Positions 20,412-29,859 of a stretch of 64,000 nt of DNA are shown piece after piece; the stretch's first letter is position 1, and each line of letters opens with the position of its first letter. Location: the NCBI GenBank assembly GCA_964390175.1, contig CAYMHE010000002.1:13930-77929 (forward strand). The letters run 5' to 3'. Under the pieces are notes generated by a model. It was not told where the DNA came from. It made no database searches and worked only from the letters and a program-made list of their open reading frames with translations. The position numbers and the translations under genes are program-made. Source of the stretch: an uncultured Paludibacter sp. (GTDB lineage Bacteria; Bacteroidota; Bacteroidia; Bacteroidales; Paludibacteraceae).

Positions 20412-20461
20412 TGCAAACGTTTGCATTAAATTTGAAAAATCCGATTTTTTTTGTAATTTTG
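20412..20461 (+). promoter_or_regulatory. Operator TGCAAACGTTTGCA and promoter TTTG-N19-TAATTTTG in the kinase / nagB-like divergent region
   Basis: Palindrome 20412-20425; -33 TTTG 20431-20434; -7 box 20454-20461. Confidence 0.7.
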
Positions 20462-20500
20462 TCGCAAAATATTACACACAAATAACTCAGAACACATTAT

Positions 20501-22483
20501 ATGAGAACAAATTTAAGCTCGCAAATAACGCTGACACGTATATCGAAAAGATATTATCAGCCCGATGATGTATTTGAACTCTCACGCGTTACCCGATTCG
20601 AAAAAGTAGCAACCGAAATATTCGAAAACGAAAAAGATGGTTCATTAAAAATTGCCGAAGAAATCGCCGAACTTATCAAATCAAAACAGGCTACTGGTGA
20701 AAATTGCATTTTAGGACTTACAAACGGGAAATCGACAGTAGGCATCTACAACGAACTGATCCGTTTGCACAAGAAAGCAGAACTCAGTTTTAAAAACGTC
20801 ATCGTATTTAATCTTTTCGAATACTACCCACTGAACAATACAACGAAAAGCTGTCTGGCACAAATGCACGAAATGCTTTTCGACCACATAGACATTCCGG
20901 CTGAAAACATTTACTCCCCCGATGGTATGCTCGATAAATCGGAAATCATGGGAGCTTGCAAAAGCTACGAACAAAAGATTGCCGATTTTGGAGGAATTGA
21001 CTTGCAAATACTGGGCATTGGTCGCTCGGGAAACATTGGTTTTAACGAACCAGGATCGCAGGCCAATTCGGGCACAAGGTTAATTCTGCTCGATAATATC
21101 TCGCGAAAAGATGCCGCCGAACTCTTCGGAAGCGTGGAGTCAGTTCCTATCAGCGCCATTACACTGGGTGTAGGTACTATTCTCAAAGCAAAAAAAATCA
21201 TTCTTGCTGCCTGGGGCGAACACAAAACATCAGTCATTAAAAGCGCAGTGGAAGGAGCGGTTTCGGAACACACACCGGCATCCTACCTACAGCTGCACTC
21301 CAACGTGAAAATGGTAATCGATCTGCATGCAGCAGGCGAACTTACCCGCATCAGTCGCCCATGGTCGGTGACTTCGTGCGATTGGGACGATAAACTCATC
21401 CGCCGCGCCATTGTTTGGCTTTGCATGAAGGTAAACAAACCTATTCTGAAACTCACCAACAAAGATTATAACGAAAATGGGTTGAGCGAATTATTGGCAC
21501 TCTACGGATCGGCCTATAATGTAAATATAAAAATTTTCAATGATTTGCAGCACACAATTACAGGATGGCCCGGAGGCAAGCCCAACGCCGACGATAGCAA
21601 CCGCCCTGAACGTGCATTGCCATTTCCAAAAAAAGTATTAATTTTCAGCCCGCATCCCGACGATGACGTTATATCAATGGGCGGTACGTTCAAAAGACTT
21701 ATCGACCAGAACCACGATGTGCATGTCGCTTATCAGACTTCAGGTAACATTGCCGTTGCCGACGATGAAGTAATACGCTTCCTTGCCTTCCTGAAAGGAT
21801 TCAAAAACATATACGACTCAGAAAATGAAGTACTTGAAAACAAATACAACGAATTCAGAACTTTCATTCTTCAGGATAAAAAAGAAGGAGATTCCGATAC
21901 GCGTGAAATTCTCGATCTGAAAGCATTGATCCGTCGTGGCGAAGCCAAAGCCGCATGTCGCTACATTGGCTTGCCATCGAAGAATATTCATTTTCTGAAT
22001 CTTCCGTTCTACGAAACAGGATCTGTAAAAAAATCACCTATCAGTCAGGCAGATGTGGACATAGTAAAAGCGCTGCTCGAAGAGCTGAAACCGCACCAGA
22101 TATATGTAGCAGGTGATCTTGCCGATCCGCACGGGACTCATAAAGTTTGTCTGGACGCCATTTTGGCCGCCATCGACGAAATGAAAGATGAAGCATGGAT
22201 GAAGGATTGCCGTGTATGGATGTATCGTGGCGCCTGGAAAGAATGGGAAATTGACCACATCGAAATGGCAGTTCCAATCAGCCCTGAAGAGTTACGCAAT
22301 AAACGCAACGCCATTCTTCGCCACCAATCCCAAATGGAAAGTGCACCTTACATGGGGAACGATGAAAGACTTTTCTGGCAGCGTTCAGAAGACCGCAACA
22401 GAGCCACTGCCGAATTGTATTCTCAATTAGGACTGGCCTCGTACGAAGCTATAGAAGCATTTGTTCAATACATTCCGGTTTAA
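20501..22483 (+). CDS. Glucosamine-6-phosphate deaminase-like domain (degenerate active site) fused to a PIG-L/LmbE deacetylase
   Basis: NagB fold with FNLFEY and GRSGNIGFNEPG; C-terminal SPHPDDD and DPHGTH metal motifs. Confidence 0.88.
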   Translation: MRTNLSSQITLTRISKRYYQPDDVFELSRVTRFEKVATEIFENEKDGSLKIAEEIAELIKSKQATGENCILGLTNGKSTVGIYNELIRLHKKAELSFKNVIVFNLFEYYPLNNTTKSCLAQMHEMLFDHIDIPAENIYSPDGMLDKSEIMGACKSYEQKIADFGGIDLQILGIGRSGNIGFNEPGSQANSGTRLILLDNISRKDAAELFGSVESVPISAITLGVGTILKAKKIILAAWGEHKTSVIKSAVEGAVSEHTPASYLQLHSNVKMVIDLHAAGELTRISRPWSVTSCDWDDKLIRRAIVWLCMKVNKPILKLTNKDYNENGLSELLALYGSAYNVNIKIFNDLQHTITGWPGGKPNADDSNRPERALPFPKKVLIFSPHPDDDVISMGGTFKRLIDQNHDVHVAYQTSGNIAVADDEVIRFLAFLKGFKNIYDSENEVLENKYNEFRTFILQDKKEGDSDTREILDLKALIRRGEAKAACRYIGLPSKNIHFLNLPFYETGSVKKSPISQADVDIVKALLEELKPHQIYVAGDLADPHGTHKVCLDAILAAIDEMKDEAWMKDCRVWMYRGAWKEWEIDHIEMAVPISPEELRNKRNAILRHQSQMESAPYMGNDERLFWQRSEDRNRATAELYSQLGLASYEAIEAFVQYIPV

Positions 22484-22534
22484 TTTTTTCATGATTCTTG
22501 TATAAAACTAAAAACACATATTTACTACAACCTA

Positions 22535-23989
22535 ATGAAACAAATCAATTGCTTTATTGCATTTAAAGATGCAGCTCAAACACGTGAGACTGTAGAGAAT
22601 TTACTAAAATCAGCTACTGTAAACAAAGTTTATCTATTGGCTACCGAGCCTACAAACGAAACAGTTCCCGGATGCGAAATGTTATTCATTGATGCAATGA
22701 ACAGCAGCGCCACCGTTCGGAAAATTGCAGAAAAATCGGATACTGAATACAGCCTTATTTACACGAAATTCACGACACTCGAGCCGGGACAATATGCTCT
22801 CGAACGCTTTCTCAGAGTGGCCAACGACACCCGCGCCGGCTTGGTTTATTCGGATTATTACCAGATTGCCGACGGCGTTCGTTCCAATTTGCCTGTAATT
22901 GACTATCAACAAGGCAGTTTGCGCGACGATTTTAATTTTGGTTCTGTTTTATTCTACAATGCAAGCTGTTTGAAAAAAGCAGTTGAGGAAACCACTCAGG
23001 AATACAAATTTGCAGGACTCTACAACCTGCGCCTGAAAGTTTCGGAATATGCCGAACTCTTCCACATGAACGAATACCTGTATTCGGAAGTAGAATCGGA
23101 TACAAGAAAAAGTGGCGAAAAGATTTTCGACTACGTGGATCCGAAAAACAGAACAGCACAAATTGAAATGGAAGTGGCCTGCACCGAACACCTGAAAAAA
23201 ATCGGAGCTTATCTGGCACCTCAATTCAAAAAAATTGAGTTCAACGAAGGTAAATTCCCTGTGGAAGCTTCGGTGATTATTCCTGTGCGCAACCGCGTAA
23301 AAACAGTGGAAGATGCTATCGTATCGGTGTTGTCTCAGAAAACTGACTTTGCATTCAACCTCATCATTGTTGACAATTACTCAACCGACGGCACCACCGA
23401 AATCATCGAAAAACATGCAAAAGCCGATAGCCGACTGATTCACCTGATACCCGAACGTACCGACCTTGGTATAGGCGGATGCTGGAATGCAGGCGTGGAC
23501 TCAGCACTTTGCGGAAAATTTGCAGTGCAGCTGGACAGCGACGATGTGTACGAAAACGAAAATACTTTACAAACCATAGTAAATGCTTTTTACGAGCAAA
23601 ACTGCGCCATGGTAATCGGCTCGTACACAATGACCAACTTTGCCATGGAAACCATTGCTCCCGGACTGATTGACCACAAGGAATGGACGCCCGAAAACGG
23701 CAGAAACAATGCTTTGCGCATCAACGGACTGGGCGCACCACGCGCTTTCTACACACCGGTATTGCGTAACATCAAAGTACCAAACACAAGCTATGGCGAA
23801 GATTACGCCCTCGGACTGGCCATAAGCCGCGAGTACCAAATCGGACGTATTTACAATTCGGTTTACCTCTGCCGCCGCTGGGACGACAACTCGGATGCTT
23901 CGCTCGACGTAGTGAAAATGAACGGACACAACTTCTACAAAGATAAAATCCGTACCATTGAACTGATGGCCCGAAAGAACAGAAATTAA
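22535..23989 (+). CDS. Two-domain glycosyltransferase family 2 protein
   Basis: C-terminal SVIIPVRNR, VDNYSTDGT, QLDSDD and YGEDY motifs; N-terminal degenerate GT-A-like domain (LVYSDY). Confidence 0.85.
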   Translation: MKQINCFIAFKDAAQTRETVENLLKSATVNKVYLLATEPTNETVPGCEMLFIDAMNSSATVRKIAEKSDTEYSLIYTKFTTLEPGQYALERFLRVANDTRAGLVYSDYYQIADGVRSNLPVIDYQQGSLRDDFNFGSVLFYNASCLKKAVEETTQEYKFAGLYNLRLKVSEYAELFHMNEYLYSEVESDTRKSGEKIFDYVDPKNRTAQIEMEVACTEHLKKIGAYLAPQFKKIEFNEGKFPVEASVIIPVRNRVKTVEDAIVSVLSQKTDFAFNLIIVDNYSTDGTTEIIEKHAKADSRLIHLIPERTDLGIGGCWNAGVDSALCGKFAVQLDSDDVYENENTLQTIVNAFYEQNCAMVIGSYTMTNFAMETIAPGLIDHKEWTPENGRNNALRINGLGAPRAFYTPVLRNIKVPNTSYGEDYALGLAISREYQIGRIYNSVYLCRRWDDNSDASLDVVKMNGHNFYKDKIRTIELMARKNRN

Positions 23990-24148
23990 ATCACTTATCA
24001 GGCTTCCTTACTGTTCGGAACGTTAATTATCGCCAATTATGGAGACAAAGCAATTAACTTAAATGAAAAAGGCACAGAAGAAGGGAATTTGAATTTTAAC
24101 GGAATGAAATTTGCTGCATAAGAAACATAATTTAAAAATAAAATAGAA

Positions 24149-25597
24149 ATGAAAAAGCATTACATTTTTAGCTTGTGTTTGTGTTTCTTATGCACAACTT
24201 TTTTGTCCCGCCTATCGGCACAGGAGTACAACAATTTCGATTTAAACAAGTACTACACACCAGACATTGTGCGCAATGCGCTGGATTTAGACTTTAGCTC
24301 TTCCGGTCAATTTGCAAATGTATATAACGAGTTTGATCATCTGTCCGTTACCAACGAGTCTTTTTCTTCGAACATTGCTGGCACAATAAATTCCTCATTC
24401 AGCACCTATAGAAATACGCGGAAAAGAATTTCGTCGCTGATGCTTAACGGATCTTTCTCAGGATCTTATTCCTCAATCCGGGAGACAACCGGATCCACCA
24501 ACAAAAATAACAGCAACACTGGTGGTCTGAACTTAAATTATTCCGACAAGTTTTATAAAACATCAACACTTTTTCTTTCAGCAGGTATAATAGCTCGGTT
24601 AATCCCAACATACAACAAACAACAGTTGCAATCCGATCCAAATCCAAAAGAAATAAATGAGAAAATTAACCGATATTATTTTAATCCATCTATAGGAATA
24701 GGTATAGGAAGAATAGAGCAGGTACAGGATGCCCGTCAGGCCATCTACCTGTTGAATGATTTATCAAAAAAAGGGGTTTTAAGCCGACAACTAACAAATA
24801 ATGAAGTTTTCAGTCTTGCACAGCAAATGTCGAAGATAAAAAACAAACGCTTCCTCGATTCACGTTTGCGCTTGATCGAAGAAGTTACAACCATCGATGC
24901 TTTCTTTGTAAACAATGGTTTACTTAACAAATCGGATGCTGCCTATTTTACAACTTTGTACGACAATTGGTTGTATGGAGCCGCTTTTGAAAGAAAATCG
25001 GGACAGACTTTTGAATTTCAAATCAACGGTGACTTTATAAAAAGTTACGGTAAAACTGAAACAAACTTTACCGTTCAGGATTCAGTCTATTGGACCAAAT
25101 ACAACTCCAATCTGGGCCATGGCGGATTGGCTTTGCTTTACACATTCGAAAAACCGTTTAAGCTCAACTGGCAACATTCAGTAAATGCAGTATTAAACGC
25201 TTTTACCGAACCTACCGAGCATACAAATTCGAATAGCAACAGCACAACCAAAAGCATTGCCTCTTTTAACAACAGCCAGATATCGCTTTCCGGAAATTAC
25301 ATTTTGGGTTATTACCCAAATTCACGTACAAATCTTCAGCTTGGAATAAGTCAGTTATTTGGTCGGCAGATTACAAAAAGCACAACGGTTAATGTAGCTG
25401 CAAATCAAACTAAAAACATCAACGCCAGAACACAAATCGATTTTTCGACCTACTATTATTTATCCCCGCAATTAAGAATTTCGGGAACAGTATGGGCATA
25501 CAAAACTTATCATAGAAGGAATTATGCAGATTCCGGTTCAAAAGCTAATAATTTTAACGCGCAGTTTAATGCCACTTTGAACTACGCATTTTTCTAA
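24149..25597 (+). CDS. Hypothetical exported protein, probable outer-membrane beta-barrel
   Basis: Signal peptide; alternating beta-strand pattern; C-terminal LNYAFF. Confidence 0.6.
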   Translation: MKKHYIFSLCLCFLCTTFLSRLSAQEYNNFDLNKYYTPDIVRNALDLDFSSSGQFANVYNEFDHLSVTNESFSSNIAGTINSSFSTYRNTRKRISSLMLNGSFSGSYSSIRETTGSTNKNNSNTGGLNLNYSDKFYKTSTLFLSAGIIARLIPTYNKQQLQSDPNPKEINEKINRYYFNPSIGIGIGRIEQVQDARQAIYLLNDLSKKGVLSRQLTNNEVFSLAQQMSKIKNKRFLDSRLRLIEEVTTIDAFFVNNGLLNKSDAAYFTTLYDNWLYGAAFERKSGQTFEFQINGDFIKSYGKTETNFTVQDSVYWTKYNSNLGHGGLALLYTFEKPFKLNWQHSVNAVLNAFTEPTEHTNSNSNSTTKSIASFNNSQISLSGNYILGYYPNSRTNLQLGISQLFGRQITKSTTVNVAANQTKNINARTQIDFSTYYYLSPQLRISGTVWAYKTYHRRNYADSGSKANNFNAQFNATLNYAFF

Positions 25598-25618
25598 ACA
25601 ACAACACTTTTTTTATTA

Positions 25619-26515
25619 ATGAACAATCTCAACAATCAGGTAAAATCTTTATTCGACGAGCAAGTTGCCAACTGGGAACTTGCCCGTCGGAATTTTGCAG
25701 GACTCAAAACCGTACAAACCAAGACCTTTAATTTCGGCGATTTCGACATAAAAGTACAGTTTAACCCGGCGCGCATTGTATCCTCAGGAGCAAAAGTCGA
25801 CGCCAAAACCATAGCCGAACGCAAATGCTTCCTGTGCAGCGAGCATTTGCCAACGGAACAAAAAGGAATAGAGGCGGGAAATTATACCATTTTGGTGAAC
25901 CCCTTCCCTATTTTTCCTGAACATTTCACAATTCCGCACACCGAACATATTCGCCAGCAGATAAAACCGTTTTTTGGCGATATGCTCGAACTTGCCAAAG
26001 CAATGGACGATTATCTGATTTTTTACAACGGGCCCAAATGTGGCGCTTCGGCACCCGACCATATGCACTTTCAGGCAGGCACCAAGGACTTTTTACCGCT
26101 GATCAGCGATTATAAAAGGCTCAAAGCTACCCACACTGATGTGTTGGTAGAAGATGATGAGTACACGGTATTCTGCATGAAAAATTACCTGCGCACCGTT
26201 TATTGCATTGAATCGGGAAATGCTAAAGAATCGAAACTGGTATTTAATTCGCTATACACCAACCTTCAGCAATCGAACACCGAAGAGCCCATGATGAATG
26301 TTGTGTGTACTTTCGAAGATGGCATATGGTACACCTTCGTCCTTCCCCGCAAGGAGTTCCGGCCATGGCAATTTACTGCCGAAGGAGATCAGCAGCTAAT
26401 GGTAAGTCCGGCTACGGTAGAGATGTGTGGCATTTTTATAACTCCCATTGAGCAGCATTTCGAAAAAATAACAAAAGAAGATGTGATCAGCATACTTGAA
26501 CAAGTGAGTCTTTGA
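25619..26515 (+). CDS. DUF4922-like protein; HIT-superfamily HxHxQ nucleotidyltransferase/phosphorylase
   Basis: QFNPARI, CFLC, LVNPFPI..H and YNGPKCGASAPDHMHFQ motifs. Confidence 0.8.
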   Translation: MNNLNNQVKSLFDEQVANWELARRNFAGLKTVQTKTFNFGDFDIKVQFNPARIVSSGAKVDAKTIAERKCFLCSEHLPTEQKGIEAGNYTILVNPFPIFPEHFTIPHTEHIRQQIKPFFGDMLELAKAMDDYLIFYNGPKCGASAPDHMHFQAGTKDFLPLISDYKRLKATHTDVLVEDDEYTVFCMKNYLRTVYCIESGNAKESKLVFNSLYTNLQQSNTEEPMMNVVCTFEDGIWYTFVLPRKEFRPWQFTAEGDQQLMVSPATVEMCGIFITPIEQHFEKITKEDVISILEQVSL

Positions 26516-26543
26516 AAAGACACAGTGAACATATAATTTTTTA

Positions 26544-26774
26544 GAAAATGCTATTTCAAAAAAAGGAAAGGCACTTAAAAAAACAGAAAAAACTATTTAA
26601 AAAATAGCAGAAGCTATATCAAAAACAAGAGAAGCACTTTCAAAAACAAGAGAAGCACTTTCGAAAACACGAGAAGCACTTTCGGAAACAAGAGAAGCAC
26701 TTTCGGAGACAAGAAAAGCACTTTCGGAGACACGAGAAGAATCTATATAGAAAGACAAAGCATTTCAGAAGAAG
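26544..26774. repeat. Tandem array of ~11 x 21-bp units (core AGAGAAGCACTTTCRRAAACA)
   Basis: Five near-identical units at 26628-26732 with degenerate flanking units in the same register. Confidence 0.9.
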
Positions 26775-26848
26775 TAAAAACACCTTAAATTTACCCTTTT
26801 ATTGCAGAAATAATATTATCTTTATAAGCAAATAAAAAACAATATGGT

Positions 26849-27217
26849 ATGAACACAAACATTATGTCAGCCGACGAAACCAAAAACAACATGCCACACA
26901 ACGGCAAGCTTCTTACAGATTATCTGCTGAAAAACGACATCAATCGCGCAGCGCTTGCCCGCAAAATGAATGTATCGAACACAAGTGTGTATCAGTACGC
27001 CGTAAGTCCATCGTTACAAATGAGCATTTTGTGGAAAGCAAGTATTGCACTCAACCATAACTTCGTAGCCGAACTGGGCGAACTGCTCCCCGTGGAACAC
27101 AAAACGGGCAACGAGATACAATTGGAAGAAGAAATAAAAGCTTTAGAAGCTCAGCTGGAAAAACTGAACCTTGAACTATCGGTTTACAAGGATGTGATCA
27201 GCAAATTCAAGCCATAA
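26849..27217 (+). CDS. XRE/Cro-C1 HTH protein with C-terminal coiled coil
   Basis: HNGKLL..INRAALARKMNVSNTSVYQY HTH; leucine heptads LEEEIKALEAQLEKLNLEL. Confidence 0.75.
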   Translation: MNTNIMSADETKNNMPHNGKLLTDYLLKNDINRAALARKMNVSNTSVYQYAVSPSLQMSILWKASIALNHNFVAELGELLPVEHKTGNEIQLEEEIKALEAQLEKLNLELSVYKDVISKFKP

Positions 27218-27221
27218 TGCA

Positions 27222-28406
27222 ATGAGATACAAGCTAACATCCATTCTGTTGCTATACTTCGCAGTGCTTGTTTCAGCTCAAAGCACGGCCAGATACGTCG
27301 ACACCGACGTGCGCGCCATGCAAATACCAAAAGCATCAACAAGAACAGTGGAGGATATTGCTGCCTACATTAAGGCTAACTTCAGTACCGACGAAGAGAA
27401 AGCACGTGCCGTTTTTTACTGGATTTCGCAAACCATAAGTTACGACATTGCCAACATGTACACTACCAACTATTACGACAATGAACAGCAGGTGGTGGAT
27501 GAGGTAATGAAATGGCGCAAAGGAGTGTGCATGCATTATGCCACGCTGATGAGCTGGATTTGCAACCGGACAGGCGTGAAAACCTTTGTGGTGGGCGGCT
27601 ATACCCGCCAGAACGGTAAAGTCGACATTCTTTCGCACGCCTGGAATGTAAGCTTTGTAAATGGAAAATGGCAAATGATCGACCCTACCTGGGGCACAGG
27701 TCAAATAGTCAACGGCAAATTCGTACGCCAGCTGAACAATGAGTTTTTTCTGATGCAACCGGAAGAAAGCATCAAATCGCACTGTCCGTTCGACCCAATG
27801 TGGCAATTGCTACAGTACCCTATCGACAACAATAACTTTTCGAAAGGAATTGTAGCCATCGACAAAAGCAAACCCCTGTTCAGTTTCAACGATTCGATTG
27901 CAGCTTACGAAAAAGCAGATGAACTGACCCGTCAGAAAACGGAGCTGCGCCGAATGGAAAACAATGGTATCAACAGCAAACTCCTTCAGGAAAACCAGCA
28001 TAACATCAAGAACAGAATCAACGGCATTCAGAAAAACGCATCGATAGAGATATTAAACAATGCAGTGAATACGCTCAACCAGGGAGTGAACGACCTGAAT
28101 GAATTTATCAATTATCGCAACAAACAATTTACACCCAAAAGATCGGATGCTGCGCTCAAACTAATGCTTGAGAACATTGAAGTAACCCTTGCCCGGTACA
28201 AAACAGAAGTGGCCGGCATAGCCTATGCCGATCCGGGTATAAAATACTCATTGAGCGAACTCAACAAAACAATGCAAAGCATGGAGGAAGCATTGGCAGA
28301 ACAGAGAACTTTTTTAGATAAATATTTGTCAACCTCAAAAATATTCAGAAAATCATTATTTTATAACTATAATTGGCTGGGAATACCCCTTCATCAAAGC
28401 AAATGA
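27222..28406 (+). CDS. Exported transglutaminase-like (papain-fold Cys-His-Asp) protein
   Basis: Signal peptide; GVCMHYA, HAWN and IDPTW triad motifs; helical C-terminus. Confidence 0.8.
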   Translation: MRYKLTSILLLYFAVLVSAQSTARYVDTDVRAMQIPKASTRTVEDIAAYIKANFSTDEEKARAVFYWISQTISYDIANMYTTNYYDNEQQVVDEVMKWRKGVCMHYATLMSWICNRTGVKTFVVGGYTRQNGKVDILSHAWNVSFVNGKWQMIDPTWGTGQIVNGKFVRQLNNEFFLMQPEESIKSHCPFDPMWQLLQYPIDNNNFSKGIVAIDKSKPLFSFNDSIAAYEKADELTRQKTELRRMENNGINSKLLQENQHNIKNRINGIQKNASIEILNNAVNTLNQGVNDLNEFINYRNKQFTPKRSDAALKLMLENIEVTLARYKTEVAGIAYADPGIKYSLSELNKTMQSMEEALAEQRTFLDKYLSTSKIFRKSLFYNYNWLGIPLHQSK

Positions 28407-29743
28407 ATCATAAAGAACCGGTAATACAAGTAGGTATTTTAACCTCAGAAAAAATTGAATTTGTGCTGAATGGCATTTTCATAGCACAAACAGGAAAAGA
28501 TTATAGCGGCCATCAAACTGCCGCCTACGACAATGGCAAAGTGCTTTTCGACGAAAAAGAGTTCGATGAGCTGATTTTCGAACCCATCAACGGCGAAACA
28601 TCATTCGACCTTATCAATGTGGTCATCGGCATTAATTTTCACTGGGAACGCAAAGAAGACCAGCGTTTCAAAGGCGCGCTGCGCATCATTGCTGAAGAAA
28701 ACAACATCACTGCCATCAACCGTATCGGCGTTGAAGACTATCTCACAAGTGTAATTTCGAGCGAAATGAGTGCAACTGCCTCCGACGAATTGCTCAAAGC
28801 ACATGCAGTAATTTCGCGCAGTTGGTTACTCAAACCGCTACACGAACAAGATAGCGCGAGCCACGAGCCGGCAGCTCCAACAGAATTCAACACTGTGGAT
28901 ACAGAAAATGCAATTGAAACACACATCAAATGGTACGAACGCGACGCCCATACGCACTTCGATGTTTGTGCCGACGATCATTGTCAGCGCTACCAGGGCA
29001 TTACGCGCGCTACTACCAAAGCGGTGGAAAAAGCCATCGAGGCTACCCGCGGCGAAGTATTGATGGCAGGAGATGAAATATGCGATGCACGTTTTTCAAA
29101 ATCCTGCGGCGGCGTTTCCGAGACTTTCGAGAACTGCTGGGCGCCCAAACATTACACGTATCTTTCGAAAGTGATAGACAACCTGACTGCACCCGAGGGC
29201 TTCGAACTCGATTTAACCATTGAAGCCAATGCCGATCGATGGATTCGTCAGTCGCCCGAAGCATTTTGCAACAGTACCGACAAAAAAGTCTTATCGCAGG
29301 TGCTCAACAATTACGACCAGGAAACCACCGACTTCTACCGCTGGAAAGTAGAGTACAGCCAATCGGAACTATCAGAATTATTGCTTCGTCGTTCGGGCAT
29401 CGATTTTGGCTACATCGTCGACCTGGTGCCTGTAAAACGAGGAGAATCGGGACGACTTGTCGAACTCAAAATTATTGGAACAAAACGAACCGTCATCGTA
29501 GGCAAAGAATTAGAAATTCGCAAATGGCTTTCGAATTCTCATCTCTACAGTTCGGCTTTCGTAGTTGACAAAACGGCTATCGAAAATAACATTCCACAAC
29601 AATTCATACTTACAGGAGCCGGTTGGGGACATGGAGCAGGCCTTTGTCAGATAGGCGCTGCCGTTATGGGAGAAAAAGGTTATCAATACAAACAAATCTT
29701 GTTACACTATTTCAGAGGAGCATCGTTGGAGAAAATATACTAA
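28403..29743 (+). CDS. SpoIID/LytB domain protein (lytic transglycosylase family)
   Basis: EDYLTSVISSEM, LKAHAVISRS, CADDHCQRYQG, GWGHGAGLCQ and ILLHYF motifs; ATG overlaps the upstream stop (ATGA). Confidence 0.9.
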   Translation: MNHKEPVIQVGILTSEKIEFVLNGIFIAQTGKDYSGHQTAAYDNGKVLFDEKEFDELIFEPINGETSFDLINVVIGINFHWERKEDQRFKGALRIIAEENNITAINRIGVEDYLTSVISSEMSATASDELLKAHAVISRSWLLKPLHEQDSASHEPAAPTEFNTVDTENAIETHIKWYERDAHTHFDVCADDHCQRYQGITRATTKAVEKAIEATRGEVLMAGDEICDARFSKSCGGVSETFENCWAPKHYTYLSKVIDNLTAPEGFELDLTIEANADRWIRQSPEAFCNSTDKKVLSQVLNNYDQETTDFYRWKVEYSQSELSELLLRRSGIDFGYIVDLVPVKRGESGRLVELKIIGTKRTVIVGKELEIRKWLSNSHLYSSAFVVDKTAIENNIPQQFILTGAGWGHGAGLCQIGAAVMGEKGYQYKQILLHYFRGASLEKIY

Positions 29744-29859
29744 TCCAACAGTTGTTACAATTCAACAAACCGGTCGGATAAAAATCCGACAAGGAAATGA
29801 ATCATCAGAGAACAACCTCAAATTTAAAACAGAAAACAAGAAATTAAACTTCAATACAA

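Noticed and set aside
20314..20481. N-terminal extensions given by the ORF track (kinase here; likewise susC, susD, secE, SpoIID, nnr)
   Set aside because: They overlap promoters, operators, tRNAs or upstream genes, and downstream ATGs match the family N-termini.
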